Shown here in pieces: positions 1 to 8,584 of a DNA stretch of 64,000 bases. The stretch is from a bacterium. Its GTDB lineage: Bacteria; Patescibacteriota; Minisyncoccia; Minisyncoccales; CG1-02-41-26. Made by a program: the position numbers and the translations under genes. The notes under the pieces were generated by a model that saw only the letters and a program-made list of their open reading frames with translations, was not told the DNA's origin and did no database searches. How positions within the stretch are numbered: position 1 is the stretch's first letter; every line of letters starts with the position of its first letter. Location of the stretch: positions 24,404-88,403 of the forward strand of contig JAUSHZ010000007.1 of NCBI GenBank assembly GCA_030648255.1, read 5' to 3'.

Positions 1-617
1 TCCTCTGGTGTAATAACGCCATTTGTTTCAACCTCTAAAATCACTTTGTCAAAGTCAGTCCTTTTCCCAACCCGCATATTTTCAACTGTAGAGTTTACCT
101 TTCTCACTGGGGTAAAAATTGCATCCATTGGAAAAACTCCAACTTCAGACTTTCCACCTTCTCTTTTTTCTAAGGGTTGATAGCCAATGCCTTTTTCAAC
201 AACTGCGTCAATCTCTAATTCAGAAGTTGACTTTGTTAATGTGGCAATATGAGCCTCTGGATTTGCTAACTTTAATTGAGCAGTGAGCTTAAAGTCTTTT
301 GCCTTTACGTCTTTTTCACCTTTAATTTTTAAAGTTATTGTTTGAGGTTCGTCGCTGTAATTCTTAAAATTCAATTTTTTAAGGTTTAAAATAATCATTA
401 TCACATCTTCCATAACACCGCTTATTGCTGAAAACTCGTGAGGAGCTCCTTTTATTTTAACTTGAGTAATAGCTGCCCCCTCCAAAGAAGAAAGCAAAAC
501 TCTTCTCATAGCGTTTCCAATAGTAACTCCATAGCCGGGATAAAGGCCTTCTATTTCAAAAAAAGCGGTATTTCCTTCCTGAGTGCTTATTTTTGGTTTT
601 GATGGTAATGGAATCAT
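1..617 (-). CDS. rpoA: RNA polymerase alpha subunit, N-terminal part (3' end beyond window start)
   Basis: Not in ORF track (truncated). Manual minus-strand translation from ATG 615-617 gives MIPLPSKPKISTQEGNTAFFEIEGLYPGYGVTIGNAMRRVLLSSLEGAAITQVKI.., an alpha NTD. It follows rpsD as in alpha operons. Confidence 0.85.
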   Translation of the reverse strand, partial: MIPLPSKPKISTQEGNTAFFEIEGLYPGYGVTIGNAMRRVLLSSLEGAAITQVKIKGAPHEFSAISGVMEDVIMIILNLKKLNFKNYSDEPQTITLKIKGEKDVKAKDFKLTAQLKLANPEAHIATLTKSTSELEIDAVVEKGIGYQPLEKREGGKSEVGVFPMDAIFTPVRKVNSTVENMRVGKRTDFDKVILEVETNGVITPE

Positions 618-641
618 ATAGTTTTTAATTTAATTATTTTT

Positions 642-1277
642 TTAGCGAGAATAGAACTCAAAAATAGATGAAATATCAATATTATTAACGTCTTCTGCTG
701 TGGGCTCGGCCATAATTTTACCTTCCATTTTTTCTTTATCTAAATCCAGCCATTTTGGCTGTTGATAATTTTTTAAGGCAGAAGAAAGATTCTTAAAAAT
801 CACTTTTCCTTTTTTATTCTCCTTAAAAGAAATGGCTAATCCTTTTTTAGTAGCAAAAGATGATATATTAACTGGTTTTCCATTTACTAAAAAATAACCA
901 TGAGAAACCATCTGCTTTGCCTCTCTCCTTGATTTAGCAAAACCTAATCTAAAAACAACATTGTCTAGCCGTCTTTCCAATTCTTTTAACAAAAACAGGG
1001 TAGCATCGCCTCCTTGCCCTCTTTTTTTCAAAACAAATTTAACATGGTTTCTAAACTGGCGCTCTCCCAAACCATAGTAGTTTCTTAATTTTTGTTTTTC
1101 TTTTAATTGTTTCGCAAACTCCGAAAAAGAGCCGCTTCTTCTTTTCTTTTTAGGGCCTGGGGCATATGGCCTTCTAATAAAAGGGCAGGTGGGGGAAAAG
1201 CATTTCTCCCCCTTTAAAAAAGTTTTTTGGCCTAATCGCCTGCAAACCTTGCAATTTGTGATAGTTTTTTTCTGCAT
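642..1277 (-). CDS. rpsD: 30S ribosomal protein S4
   Basis: 211 aa; N-terminal Cys knuckle (CKVCRR..CFSPTC), YGLGERQFRN and S4 RNA-binding domain; operon position. Confidence 0.95.
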   Translation of the reverse strand: MQKKTITNCKVCRRLGQKTFLKGEKCFSPTCPFIRRPYAPGPKKKRRSGSFSEFAKQLKEKQKLRNYYGLGERQFRNHVKFVLKKRGQGGDATLFLLKELERRLDNVVFRLGFAKSRREAKQMVSHGYFLVNGKPVNISSFATKKGLAISFKENKKGKVIFKNLSSALKNYQQPKWLDLDKEKMEGKIMAEPTAEDVNNIDISSIFEFYSR

Positions 1278-1489
1278 GTTAGAAGCTGTGTGAATTTTTA
1301 AATTTAATGATTTAAAAATTCATTACAGATTCTTACACCCCGTTAAGTGCGAGCGATGAGCGAGCTACTTAACTGGGGTTTGTTTGTATTCTTATCCACC
1401 CCAGTGAAGTAAAATTTGAGTACAAATTCACTTCACGGGGTTAAGCGATTGTATTTGTTCAGCCTCGGCTTCGGCTTCGCAAACAATCG
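1278..1489 (-). repeat. Intercistronic structured element, copy 1 (modules E1 / M-A / S4)
   Basis: Fills rpsK stop (1490) to rpsD ATG (1277). mRNA sense ends GCTTCTAAC-ATG. Has AT palindrome tgaatttttaaat/atttaaaaattca, hairpins ccccgttaagt/acttaactgggg and ccccagtgaagt/acttcacgggg, and stop-proximal stem gcgattgt/acaatcgc. Confidence 0.9.
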
Positions 1490-1945
1490 CTAAACCCTTC
1501 TTGGTTTTCTTGGCCGACAGCCATTATGAGGAATTGGCGTTACGTCTCTTATTGATTCTATCTCCAAGCCTTGAGCGGCAATAGTTTTTAAAGCTGAATC
1601 TCTTCCGCCTCCAACCCCCTTAACAAAAACAGCAACTTCTTTAATTTTAAATTGTTCGCAAGCTAAAGCTACCGCTTGGGCAACTTTAGAGGCGGCAAAA
1701 GAAGTGCCTTTCTTTGTGCCCTTAAACCCAACATTTCCAGCAGACCTCCAAAATAAGACATTTCCTTTTTCATCAGCCAAGCTGACAATAGTATTGTTAT
1801 AGGTTGAAGAAATATAAATTCTGCCCTTTCTAAAAGAAGTTCTGGTAGAAGCAACATTCAAATCTTTTCCTAATTTCTTTTCAACTTTATCTGTTTCTTC
1901 AATAAGCTCTTTTTCTGTTTTTTGTATTACTCTTTTCTTTCCCAT
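1490..1945 (-). CDS. rpsK: 30S ribosomal protein S11
   Basis: S11 core (RIYISSTYNNTIVSLAD..GNVLFWRSAG..GFKGTKKGTSFAA). ORF-track N-terminus MAKPLHSLTNTN is repeat sequence, so start is set at the conserved TACTAAC-ATG (1943-1945). Confidence 0.93.
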   Translation of the reverse strand: MGKKRVIQKTEKELIEETDKVEKKLGKDLNVASTRTSFRKGRIYISSTYNNTIVSLADEKGNVLFWRSAGNVGFKGTKKGTSFAASKVAQAVALACEQFKIKEVAVFVKGVGGGRDSALKTIAAQGLEIESIRDVTPIPHNGCRPRKPRRV

Positions 1946-2136
1946 GTTAGTATTCGTTAATGAATGAAGTGGCTTTGCCACGAATGAATTTACGAAGACT
2001 TACACCCTGTGGAGTAGAAATTTGCTCTGCAAATTTCTGTTTTAAATTTTTAGTAAAAAATTTAAAACTACTCCACGGGGTAAATTCGTCGTAAGCTCTG
2101 GCTTCGCCTGCTGGCTTTCCCTCGCTAACGGCTCAT
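1946..2136 (-). repeat. Intercistronic structured element, copy 2 (E4 / M-B / S3-like)
   Basis: rpsM stop to rpsK ATG. Closing stem caccctgtggagtag/ctactccacggggta encloses two AT hairpins. Stop-proximal stem aaattcgtcgt/acggctcattt abuts the TAA. Confidence 0.9.
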
Positions 2137-2526
2137 TTACTTTGGCCCTGGGGCTGTTTTTCTTCCAGAACTTACAGTTCTCTTAACATTGCCCCTTACA
2201 GTTCTTGAATTCTTTTTTGTTTTTTGCCCTCTAACAGTCAAGCCCTTTATGTGCCTGGTTCCTCGCCAACACTTAATCTCTTTTAATCTTTTAATATGGG
2301 CCACGTGCTCTCTTCTTAAGTCTCCTTCAATCTTATAACTTGCATCAATAACCTCTTTTATCTTCATTGCTTCTTGCTCGGTTAAATCTTTAGCTTTTTT
2401 CTGTGGCTCTATGTTGCATTGCTTTAAAATTCTTAAAGCCAATGGCCTGCCAATGCCAAAAACATAAGTCAAAGAAATGGCTATTTGTTTATTATCTGGA
2501 ATTGTGATGCTTGCTATTCGTGGCAT
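2137..2526 (-). CDS. rpsM: 30S ribosomal protein S13
   Basis: MPRIASITIPDNKQIAISLTYVFGIG.. is a typical S13. The MKIHTASN prefix in the ORF track is repeat sequence; start at CTAAC-ATG (2524-2526). Confidence 0.94.
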   Translation of the reverse strand: MPRIASITIPDNKQIAISLTYVFGIGRPLALRILKQCNIEPQKKAKDLTEQEAMKIKEVIDASYKIEGDLRREHVAHIKRLKEIKCWRGTRHIKGLTVRGQKTKKNSRTVRGNVKRTVSSGRKTAPGPK

Positions 2527-2751
2527 GTTAGAAGCTGTGTGAATTTTCAAATTTAATGATTTGAAAATTCATTACAGATTCTTACACCCCGTTAAGTGCG
2601 AGCGATTAGCAAGCTACTTAACTGGGGTTTGTTTATATTTCTATCCACACCCCAGTGAAGTAGAATTTAATTTCATTAAATTCACTTCACGGGGTAAATT
2701 CCGCCAACCGCTCAAACTTCGGCTCATCGCCTCGTTTTCGCGGGGCGTCAT
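2527..2751 (-). repeat. Intercistronic structured element, copy 3 (E1 / M-A / S2)
   Basis: rpmJ stop to rpsM ATG. Same E1 and M-A hairpins as copy 1. S2 arm ..cttcggctcatcgcctcgttttcgcggggcgtcattta ends in the rpmJ stop codon. Confidence 0.9.
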
Positions 2752-2868
2752 TTATGCGCCTTGGCGCTGTTTGTGTTTTGGAGTTTTGCAAATAACATAA
2801 ACCCTCCCCTTTCTTCTGGCGATTTTACAATCCTTACATAATTTTTTTACTGATGGTTTAACCTTCAT
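2752..2868 (-). CDS. rpmJ: 50S ribosomal protein L36
   Basis: Missed by ORF track (38 aa). Manual translation [38 protein letters not shown]. It is flanked by two element copies. Confidence 0.92.
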   Translation of the reverse strand: MKVKPSVKKLCKDCKIARRKGRVYVICKTPKHKQRQGA

Positions 2869-3085
2869 GTTAGAAGCTGTGTGAATTTTTAAATTTAATG
2901 ATTTGAAAATTCATTACAGATTCTTACACCCCGTTAAGTGCGAGCGATTAGCAAGCTACTTAACTGGGGTTTGTTTGTATTTCTATCCACACCCCAGTGA
3001 AGTAGAATTTGAGTACAAATTCACTTCACGGGGTAAATTCCGCTTGCCAATCGCGCTTCGCCTGCTGGCTCGCACTCTTGGAGCG
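2869..3085 (-). repeat. Intercistronic structured element, copy 4 (E1 / M-A / S1)
   Basis: infA stop to rpmJ ATG. S1 arm aaattccgcttgccaatcgcgcttcgcctgctggctcgcactcttggagcgtcat + tta stop. Confidence 0.9.
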
Positions 3086-3304
3086 TCATTTAAGTCTATA
3101 AACTATTCTGCCTCTTTTATCATCAATAGAGGCCATTTCAACCAACACCTTATCGCCCAACAAAATTTTTATGCGATTAATTCTAAGCTTCCCGGCCAAA
3201 TGCGCCAAAACCTCGTTTCCATTTTCCAATTGAATTTTAAATAAAAGACTAGGCAAAGCCTCTACAACTTGGCCTCTTTCTCTTATTGTATTAATTTGTT
3301 TCAT
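3086..3304 (-). CDS. infA: Translation initiation factor IF-1
   Basis: 72 aa S1-like OB fold; GQVVEALPSLLFKIQLENGNEVLAHLAGKLR..ILLGDKVLVEMASID. Confidence 0.93.
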   Translation of the reverse strand: MKQINTIRERGQVVEALPSLLFKIQLENGNEVLAHLAGKLRINRIKILLGDKVLVEMASIDDKRGRIVYRLK

Positions 3305-3320
3305 CTCGTTACGATTGTCT

Positions 3321-3349
3321 AAAATAGCAAATTATTCAAAAAAGGTCAA
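3321..3349 (-). promoter_or_regulatory. Sigma-70-type promoter for infA-rpmJ-rpsM-rpsK-rpsD-rpoA
   Basis: Minus sense TTGACC - 17 nt - TATTTT, preceded by GGGG; about 15 nt upstream of infA. Confidence 0.5.
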
Positions 3350-3358
3350 CCCCTTTGG

Positions 3359-4738
3359 CTAGAAAACCATTTCTATCTTTATCTTATCTAGGCTTTTTGG
3401 CGCTCTTTTTATCCAAAAAGGCCAAAATTGCGTGTCCAGTCGTTCAATTTGGGGGTAGCTATTATTCAATAAAATCTCCATATCTTCTTTAGATTTTCCA
3501 GCTAAATCCGCAATTAAGGCTGTTTGGTCAATATCATTATAAAGCTTGGCATCTGTTTTTAAATTAAAAATCAAACTCCCTTTTTCCGTAATGCTGCCTT
3601 TTGGAACTACGCTTGTCGCTAAGCTTTGTTCGTATAATTTCTTTGAAGAAGATAGTTTTGTATCAATAAAGCTTTTGGCCATATCCTGCAAATCTGATCC
3701 CTTAAAAACAATTGTCTTAGCTTTTATTTTTGCATAACAATTAAATTCAGCGAGGTTGGCGCCAACAGCTTGAGAACAAGAGAACTCGGGCTCGCCATAG
3801 TCAACTGATTCTTGGTTAAAAGAAAATCCAGCGGTTGTTTGCTCCTTCAAGCCCGAAACAGCCATTTTTTTTAACTCCCTAATCAAGCTTTCTTGAGCAT
3901 TATCCATATCTCCTTGAGTTACTTGATCAACTTCTTTCTGACCCCCGCCGTCAATTTTTTCTCTTGATTCACCCCAAACATTATAGTATAAAGCTGTTCC
4001 TGTTAATCCTGGAATAGAAAACTTAGCAGGGGCTATATTATATTCCTCTCCCTCCTGATCAGCGACAACCTGAACCTCTGTAATGCTTGGGGTTAATTTT
4101 CCATTAAACAATGTGGCTTGGGGCAAAGAAATCTTATTTTTTGCCCGATAAACCTTTCCATCTTTTGATGATATAAATCTTGTTCCTGCTTTTAAGTTTA
4201 AGGGCATTGGGGGATTAATATTATTGTAAACAAATATAGCGCCCGTTGCCCCAGATTGTTCTGTTTCTTTTCCAGTTGACTTAAATGTTTCCCATTTCTC
4301 TACTTCTTTTTCAATTACATTTCCGGGAATAATCTTTTTTTCAAAATCGATTTGCGCTTGAGAAAAAGAAACTTGAATCTCGTCTTTAATTGTAATTGGC
4401 TCTAATAGCGGTTTCACGCTTATTTCTGCTTTTGCCTGCATCGTTAAATATAAAAAGGCTCCCCCTAAAAGCAAAATGGCTACACCAATAACTATGGGAA
4501 TTTTTAGAGCAAGTCTTGGTAAAGTAAAAGAAACTCGAATTTCTTTTTTTCCCTTGCCACGTCGGAGTTCCGCAGGAACGGAGGCGGGTCTTTCTTTTTT
4601 CACCTCCCCCTTCTTCATCCCCTTTCTTGTAGGTGATTTTTTTTGAGGCTTAGTTGAAGCTAAAACAATTGGAAATTGTTCCTCTGTTTCTTCTGCTTCT
4701 TCCTCATCTGGATTTGTTATATCAATAATTTGCTTCAT
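3359..4738 (-). CDS. Membrane-anchored hypothetical protein with large extracytoplasmic domain
   Basis: 459 aa; Lys/Glu-rich N-terminus and one TM helix (IPIVIGVAILLLGGAFLYL). Weak memory-based resemblance to baseplate-J-like proteins annotated in CPR genomes. Preceded by a short element copy. Confidence 0.6.
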   Translation of the reverse strand: MKQIIDITNPDEEEAEETEEQFPIVLASTKPQKKSPTRKGMKKGEVKKERPASVPAELRRGKGKKEIRVSFTLPRLALKIPIVIGVAILLLGGAFLYLTMQAKAEISVKPLLEPITIKDEIQVSFSQAQIDFEKKIIPGNVIEKEVEKWETFKSTGKETEQSGATGAIFVYNNINPPMPLNLKAGTRFISSKDGKVYRAKNKISLPQATLFNGKLTPSITEVQVVADQEGEEYNIAPAKFSIPGLTGTALYYNVWGESREKIDGGGQKEVDQVTQGDMDNAQESLIRELKKMAVSGLKEQTTAGFSFNQESVDYGEPEFSCSQAVGANLAEFNCYAKIKAKTIVFKGSDLQDMAKSFIDTKLSSSKKLYEQSLATSVVPKGSITEKGSLIFNLKTDAKLYNDIDQTALIADLAGKSKEDMEILLNNSYPQIERLDTQFWPFWIKRAPKSLDKIKIEMVF

Positions 4739-4866
4739 GTTAGAAATTCTTAATTGAGTGGCGAATTTATGAGCCGTGAAATTTAGAAGTTTTTAGTCCT
4801 CCGTAAATTCAAACTTCGCCTACTGACTCGTTTTCATTAACGGATTACTTATTCTACCACAAAAAT
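4739..4866 (-). repeat. Intercistronic structured element, copy 5 (short form: E3 / no M / S3-like)
   Basis: alaS stop to the ATG of the 459 aa gene. Ends AATTTCTAAC-ATG. E3 stem ttcttaatt/aatttagaa and S stem agtcctccgt/acggattact are present, but the middle domain is missing. Confidence 0.8.
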
Positions 4867-6615
4867 TTACTGCTGCAAAATCGCTTTAATTCGCCGAACG
4901 CCAGCTGAACTGGCTTCTTCTTTAATAATTTTAAATACGCCCAAAGTTTTGGTATTTTCAACATGAGGACCAGCGCAAATTTCTTTAGAGAACTCTCCTG
5001 CGGAATAAACTTTCACTTTTTCTGGATACTTGTGGCCAAAAACTCCTGTGGCCCCTTCATCAAATGCTTTTTGAGTTTCCATTTCACGGCAAACAACAGG
5101 CAACTCCTTTTTTATTTGCTCGTTAACTAAGTCCTCCACTTTTTTTATTTCTTCTGGGGTTAATTTTCTTTCAAAAGAAAAATCAAACCTTATTCTTTCA
5201 GAAGTAATATTGCTACCTTTTTGCTGAACATCCCCTCCCAAAACTTGCCTTAAAGCAGCCAGCATTAAATGAGTGGCTGTGTGGTATTTTGTGGTTTGTT
5301 CAGAATCATCAGCTAAGCCGGATTTAAACTGCCCAGCACTGGCTGTTCTAGACAACTCTTGATGCTTTTTTAATTCCTCTTGAAAACCTTTTTCGTCAAT
5401 TTCCTTGTCTTTCTCCTTGGCAATCTCTCTTGTTATTTCTAAAGGAAATCCGTAAGTTTGATAAAGATTAAAAACCTCTTCCCCAGAAATAATTGGCATA
5501 TTTATTTTTTCAAATTCTTTTAATCCCCTGTCTAAACAAGTTAAAAATCTTTCTTCTTCTTTTTGTAGTTCATTTAAAATAAACTCCTGATTTTCTTTCA
5601 GTTCTGGGTAAACATTTTCATACATAGCAATAATAACTTTAGCAATCTCGCCCGTAAAAGCGCTCTCAATACCCAACAGCTTGCCGTATCTTATTGCCCG
5701 CCTTATTAATCTCCGCAACACATATCCTCTTTCTGTGTTTGACGGAACAAGCCCATCGGCTAATATAAAAACGCTGGCTTTTATATGGTCTGCAATAATG
5801 CGAAAAGATTTTGTATTTTCCTCATATTGCTTTCCCGAAATTTCTGAAATTCTATTTATTATCGGAGTAAACAGCTCTGTTTCATAAACATTACTTTTTC
5901 CTTGCAAAACCATTGTAGTTCTCTCCAGGCCCATGCCAGTGTCCACATTTTTCTGCGATAATTCTTCAAACTTTCCGTCTGCAGTTTTGTTATACTGCAT
6001 AAAAACATTGTTCCAAATCTCCACCCATTTTTTATCGCTTGGGTCAAATTTTTCAGGAACTTCCCCCTCTCCAACCCAATAAAACATTTCTGTGTCTGGG
6101 CCGCAGGGCCCTGTACTTCCTGCTGGGCCCCACCAATTATCCTCACGGCCCAAATAAGCAATCCGCTCTGGCTTAACCCCCAAACCTTGCCAAAGATTAA
6201 AGGCCCCCTCGTCTTTTGGTATATTATTTTCTGTTTCACCTTCAAAAACCGTAAAAGCTAACTTTTCCAAAGGAATATTTAATTCTTTAGTTAAAAATTC
6301 AAAGCTCCATTCAATGGCCTCTTTTTTAAAATAATCCCCCAAACTCCAATTACCAAGCATTTCAAAAAATGTTCCATGGGTGTTGTCCCCCACATCATCA
6401 ATATCACCCGTTCTAATACATTTTTGGCTATTGCAAAGCCGTTTACCTAGGGGATGGTTTTCCCCAAGCAAATAAGGCACCAATGGGTGCATACCTGCTG
6501 TGGTAAATAAAACTGTTGGGTCGTTTTCTGGAATTAAAGGGGCAGATGGTATTCTTTTGTGTCCCTTGTTCTCAAAAAACTTTAAATATTTTTCTCGTAT
6601 TTCTTTAGCTGTCAT
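4867..6615 (-). CDS. alaS: Alanyl-tRNA synthetase, short form
   Basis: 582 aa; class II AlaRS N-terminus (FTTAGMHP, WNNVFMQY) and editing-domain HTATHLM plus CAGPHV. Lacks the C-terminal domain of ~870 aa enzymes. Confidence 0.9.
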   Translation of the reverse strand: MTAKEIREKYLKFFENKGHKRIPSAPLIPENDPTVLFTTAGMHPLVPYLLGENHPLGKRLCNSQKCIRTGDIDDVGDNTHGTFFEMLGNWSLGDYFKKEAIEWSFEFLTKELNIPLEKLAFTVFEGETENNIPKDEGAFNLWQGLGVKPERIAYLGREDNWWGPAGSTGPCGPDTEMFYWVGEGEVPEKFDPSDKKWVEIWNNVFMQYNKTADGKFEELSQKNVDTGMGLERTTMVLQGKSNVYETELFTPIINRISEISGKQYEENTKSFRIIADHIKASVFILADGLVPSNTERGYVLRRLIRRAIRYGKLLGIESAFTGEIAKVIIAMYENVYPELKENQEFILNELQKEEERFLTCLDRGLKEFEKINMPIISGEEVFNLYQTYGFPLEITREIAKEKDKEIDEKGFQEELKKHQELSRTASAGQFKSGLADDSEQTTKYHTATHLMLAALRQVLGGDVQQKGSNITSERIRFDFSFERKLTPEEIKKVEDLVNEQIKKELPVVCREMETQKAFDEGATGVFGHKYPEKVKVYSAGEFSKEICAGPHVENTKTLGVFKIIKEEASSAGVRRIKAILQQ

Positions 6616-6621
6616 ATATTT

Positions 6622-7377
6622 CTAAATATTTTTTACCATAGCAGTAAATTCTTTTATATTCAATGAAGCGCCACCAACTAAGAGGCCATCAATTGCTTCA
6701 TTTTCTAAATATTTATTTGCGTTGTCTGACCCAACGCTTCCACCGTATAAAACTCTTACTTTCTCTTTGGCTTTTCTGCCGTAAATTTCAGCTATTAATT
6801 TTTTTATATATAAAGCCATTGTTAAGGCGTCGTCGGGAGCACAGGTTAATCCTTGGTTTGTGCTAATTGCCCACAAGGGCTCATAGGCTATAACAAGCTC
6901 TCCTACTTGTTGTTTTTTAATAGCTTTTAAGCTTTCCCTTAGCTTTTTCTCAACAATTTGAAATGTTTTGCTTTGGTTTCTTTCTTCTAATGTCTCGCCA
7001 ATGCAAACAACTGGTGTTAAACCCGTGCTTAACACGGCTTTTACTTTTTTGGCAGTCATCTCATTTGTTTCTCCCATTACCATTACTCTTTCAGAATGAC
7101 CTAAAATAACATACTTAACTCCTAAATTTTTTAGCATTGTTGGCGAAACCTCGCCCGTGAATGCTCCTTGATTTTCCCAAAAACAATCTTGCGATCCAAT
7201 TTTTACTGCCCCAACTCCAAAAACTTTTTTTGCCTCTGCTAAATAAACAAAGGGGGGGCAAACCACAACTTCTATTTTATTGTTTTTTATCCCCGCTCTC
7301 AATCCAACCATCATCTTTTGCGCCTCTTTTAGGGTTGTTGGATTACACTTCCAATTTGCAATAATTAGCTTTTTCAT
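6622..7377 (-). CDS. tpiA: Triosephosphate isomerase
   Basis: 251 aa; ANWKCN, GHSERV, AYEPLWAI and YGGSV motifs. Confidence 0.92.
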   Translation of the reverse strand: MKKLIIANWKCNPTTLKEAQKMMVGLRAGIKNNKIEVVVCPPFVYLAEAKKVFGVGAVKIGSQDCFWENQGAFTGEVSPTMLKNLGVKYVILGHSERVMVMGETNEMTAKKVKAVLSTGLTPVVCIGETLEERNQSKTFQIVEKKLRESLKAIKKQQVGELVIAYEPLWAISTNQGLTCAPDDALTMALYIKKLIAEIYGRKAKEKVRVLYGGSVGSDNANKYLENEAIDGLLVGGASLNIKEFTAMVKNI

Positions 7378-7381
7378 AGAT

Positions 7382-8368
7382 TTAAATCTTTATCTTTCTT
7401 AAATATTCAGCGGCTTTTTCTGGAGGCATTGTTATTATTTCAATGCCACTTCCCAGCTCAAAGCCAGCCCACACAGAAATGCGGGGCATAATAGTGAAAT
7501 GCCAATGGAAAAAAGAGTACTCTTTGTCATCGCACGGGCTTGTGTGTAAATAAAAATTATAATCTGGAAACTCCAAACCATAACCAATCTTTTTTAAAAC
7601 CTCGCCAAAAATTTGGGCTAAATCGCTTTTTTCTTCTTTGGTTATTTTTTCAAAATAAGGCAAGTGGTTTTTTGGAGATATAACAACTTCAAAATTCACT
7701 TTTGAAGCAAAAGGACAAATGGCTAAAAAATTGCTGTTTTCAAAAACAATTCTTGTTTGAACTGATTTTTCCGCCCTATTTGTAGCGCAAAAAAGGCACT
7801 GGCTTTTTTCTTTAAAAAACTCGCGAGAGGAATTTAAAGAGATAGACAAGTCTTTATCAAAAAATGGAATAGCAATAATTTGAGAATGCGGGTGAATTAA
7901 AGAAGCCCCGGCCATCTTGCCATGATTGTGGAAAATAGAAACATAGTTAACAATTTTTTCTTTTGATAGTTCAGTGTATCTTTGCTGGTAAATGCCAAGC
8001 AATTCTTCCCAATCTATTTGAGAAAAATCAGTTAATTGCTTTGAGTGGTCATTAAAAACCACAACTTCATGAAAGCCATTTGAAGGCAATCTTTGGAACA
8101 AAGCGTTGTCAGTTTTTAGTAAATTATTTTTCTGTGGAAAAAATGCGGGAAACTTATTGGGTATTACTACAAAATTTTTATCCCTGAATTTTTCCTGCGC
8201 AAAATAATCACAAAAAGCGCAAGGCATGTTGTCTATCGCCTCGTCTGTTTTTTTCTTTTTAAAATCCTCTGGTCTCTTACCCCTCCCCTCTGCCACCACC
8301 ACCCAATCCTTGTTAATAATGTCGTATCTCAACTCGGATTTTGATTTTACTACTTTTTTGAAAAACAT
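7382..8368 (-). CDS. Galactose-1-phosphate uridylyltransferase-like HIT-family nucleotidyltransferase
   Basis: 328 aa; CAFC zinc site and HPHSQI active-site motif typical of GalT/ADP-glucose phosphorylase. Confidence 0.8.
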   Translation of the reverse strand: MFFKKVVKSKSELRYDIINKDWVVVAEGRGKRPEDFKKKKTDEAIDNMPCAFCDYFAQEKFRDKNFVVIPNKFPAFFPQKNNLLKTDNALFQRLPSNGFHEVVVFNDHSKQLTDFSQIDWEELLGIYQQRYTELSKEKIVNYVSIFHNHGKMAGASLIHPHSQIIAIPFFDKDLSISLNSSREFFKEKSQCLFCATNRAEKSVQTRIVFENSNFLAICPFASKVNFEVVISPKNHLPYFEKITKEEKSDLAQIFGEVLKKIGYGLEFPDYNFYLHTSPCDDKEYSFFHWHFTIMPRISVWAGFELGSGIEIITMPPEKAAEYLRKIKI

Positions 8369-8438
8369 ATTTACTTATTATAGCAAAATCTTTAAATAAA
8401 CAAAAAGGCAGGGTTAAATTCCCCCGCCAAATCATAGA

Positions 8439-8573
8439 TCAAAAGTCCTGATTTGCTCTTGATTCCATAATTTCTTTGGATCTATCAATCATGCGAATCC
8501 TCTCCAGATATTTTTTAAGTAAACGCTCACGACATGTCTCTCTTTTTTTTAAAGTTCTTCTTCTTTTGTTCAT
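8439..8573 (-). CDS. Possible small basic protein (44 aa)
   Basis: MNKRRRTLKKRETCRERLLKKYLERIRMIDRS..; its ATG is preceded by AAGGAGGT, one of the few strong SD sites in the window. No family recognised. Confidence 0.35.
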   Translation of the reverse strand: MNKRRRTLKKRETCRERLLKKYLERIRMIDRSKEIMESRANQDF

Positions 8574-8584
8574 TTGAAACCTCC

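Noticed and set aside
1946-2136. The three-way and four-way junctions in the M domain might be hammerhead, twister-sister or hairpin ribozymes.
   Set aside because: I could not find the conserved cores (CUGANGA..GAAA for hammerhead, or the characteristic internal loops of the others). The junctions have almost no unpaired conserved nucleotides. This remains untested rather than excluded.
3020-3088. A possible coupled mini-ORF starts at the TAAATG overlap inside S1/S2 modules (for example MTLQECEPAGEARLASGIYPVK).
   Set aside because: The reading frame is not conserved between S1 and S2 copies because of a 1-nt length difference. S3/S4/S5 types have no ATG. Substitutions follow stem pairing rather than codon structure.
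2561-3244. Plus-strand ORFs 2561-2800 and 2903-3244 share the N-terminus [36 protein letters not shown] and look like a duplicated gene.
   Set aside because: Both lie antisense to the r-protein operon and are simply read-through of two copies of the intercistronic element. Their similarity ends where the element ends, and they overlap rpmJ and infA.
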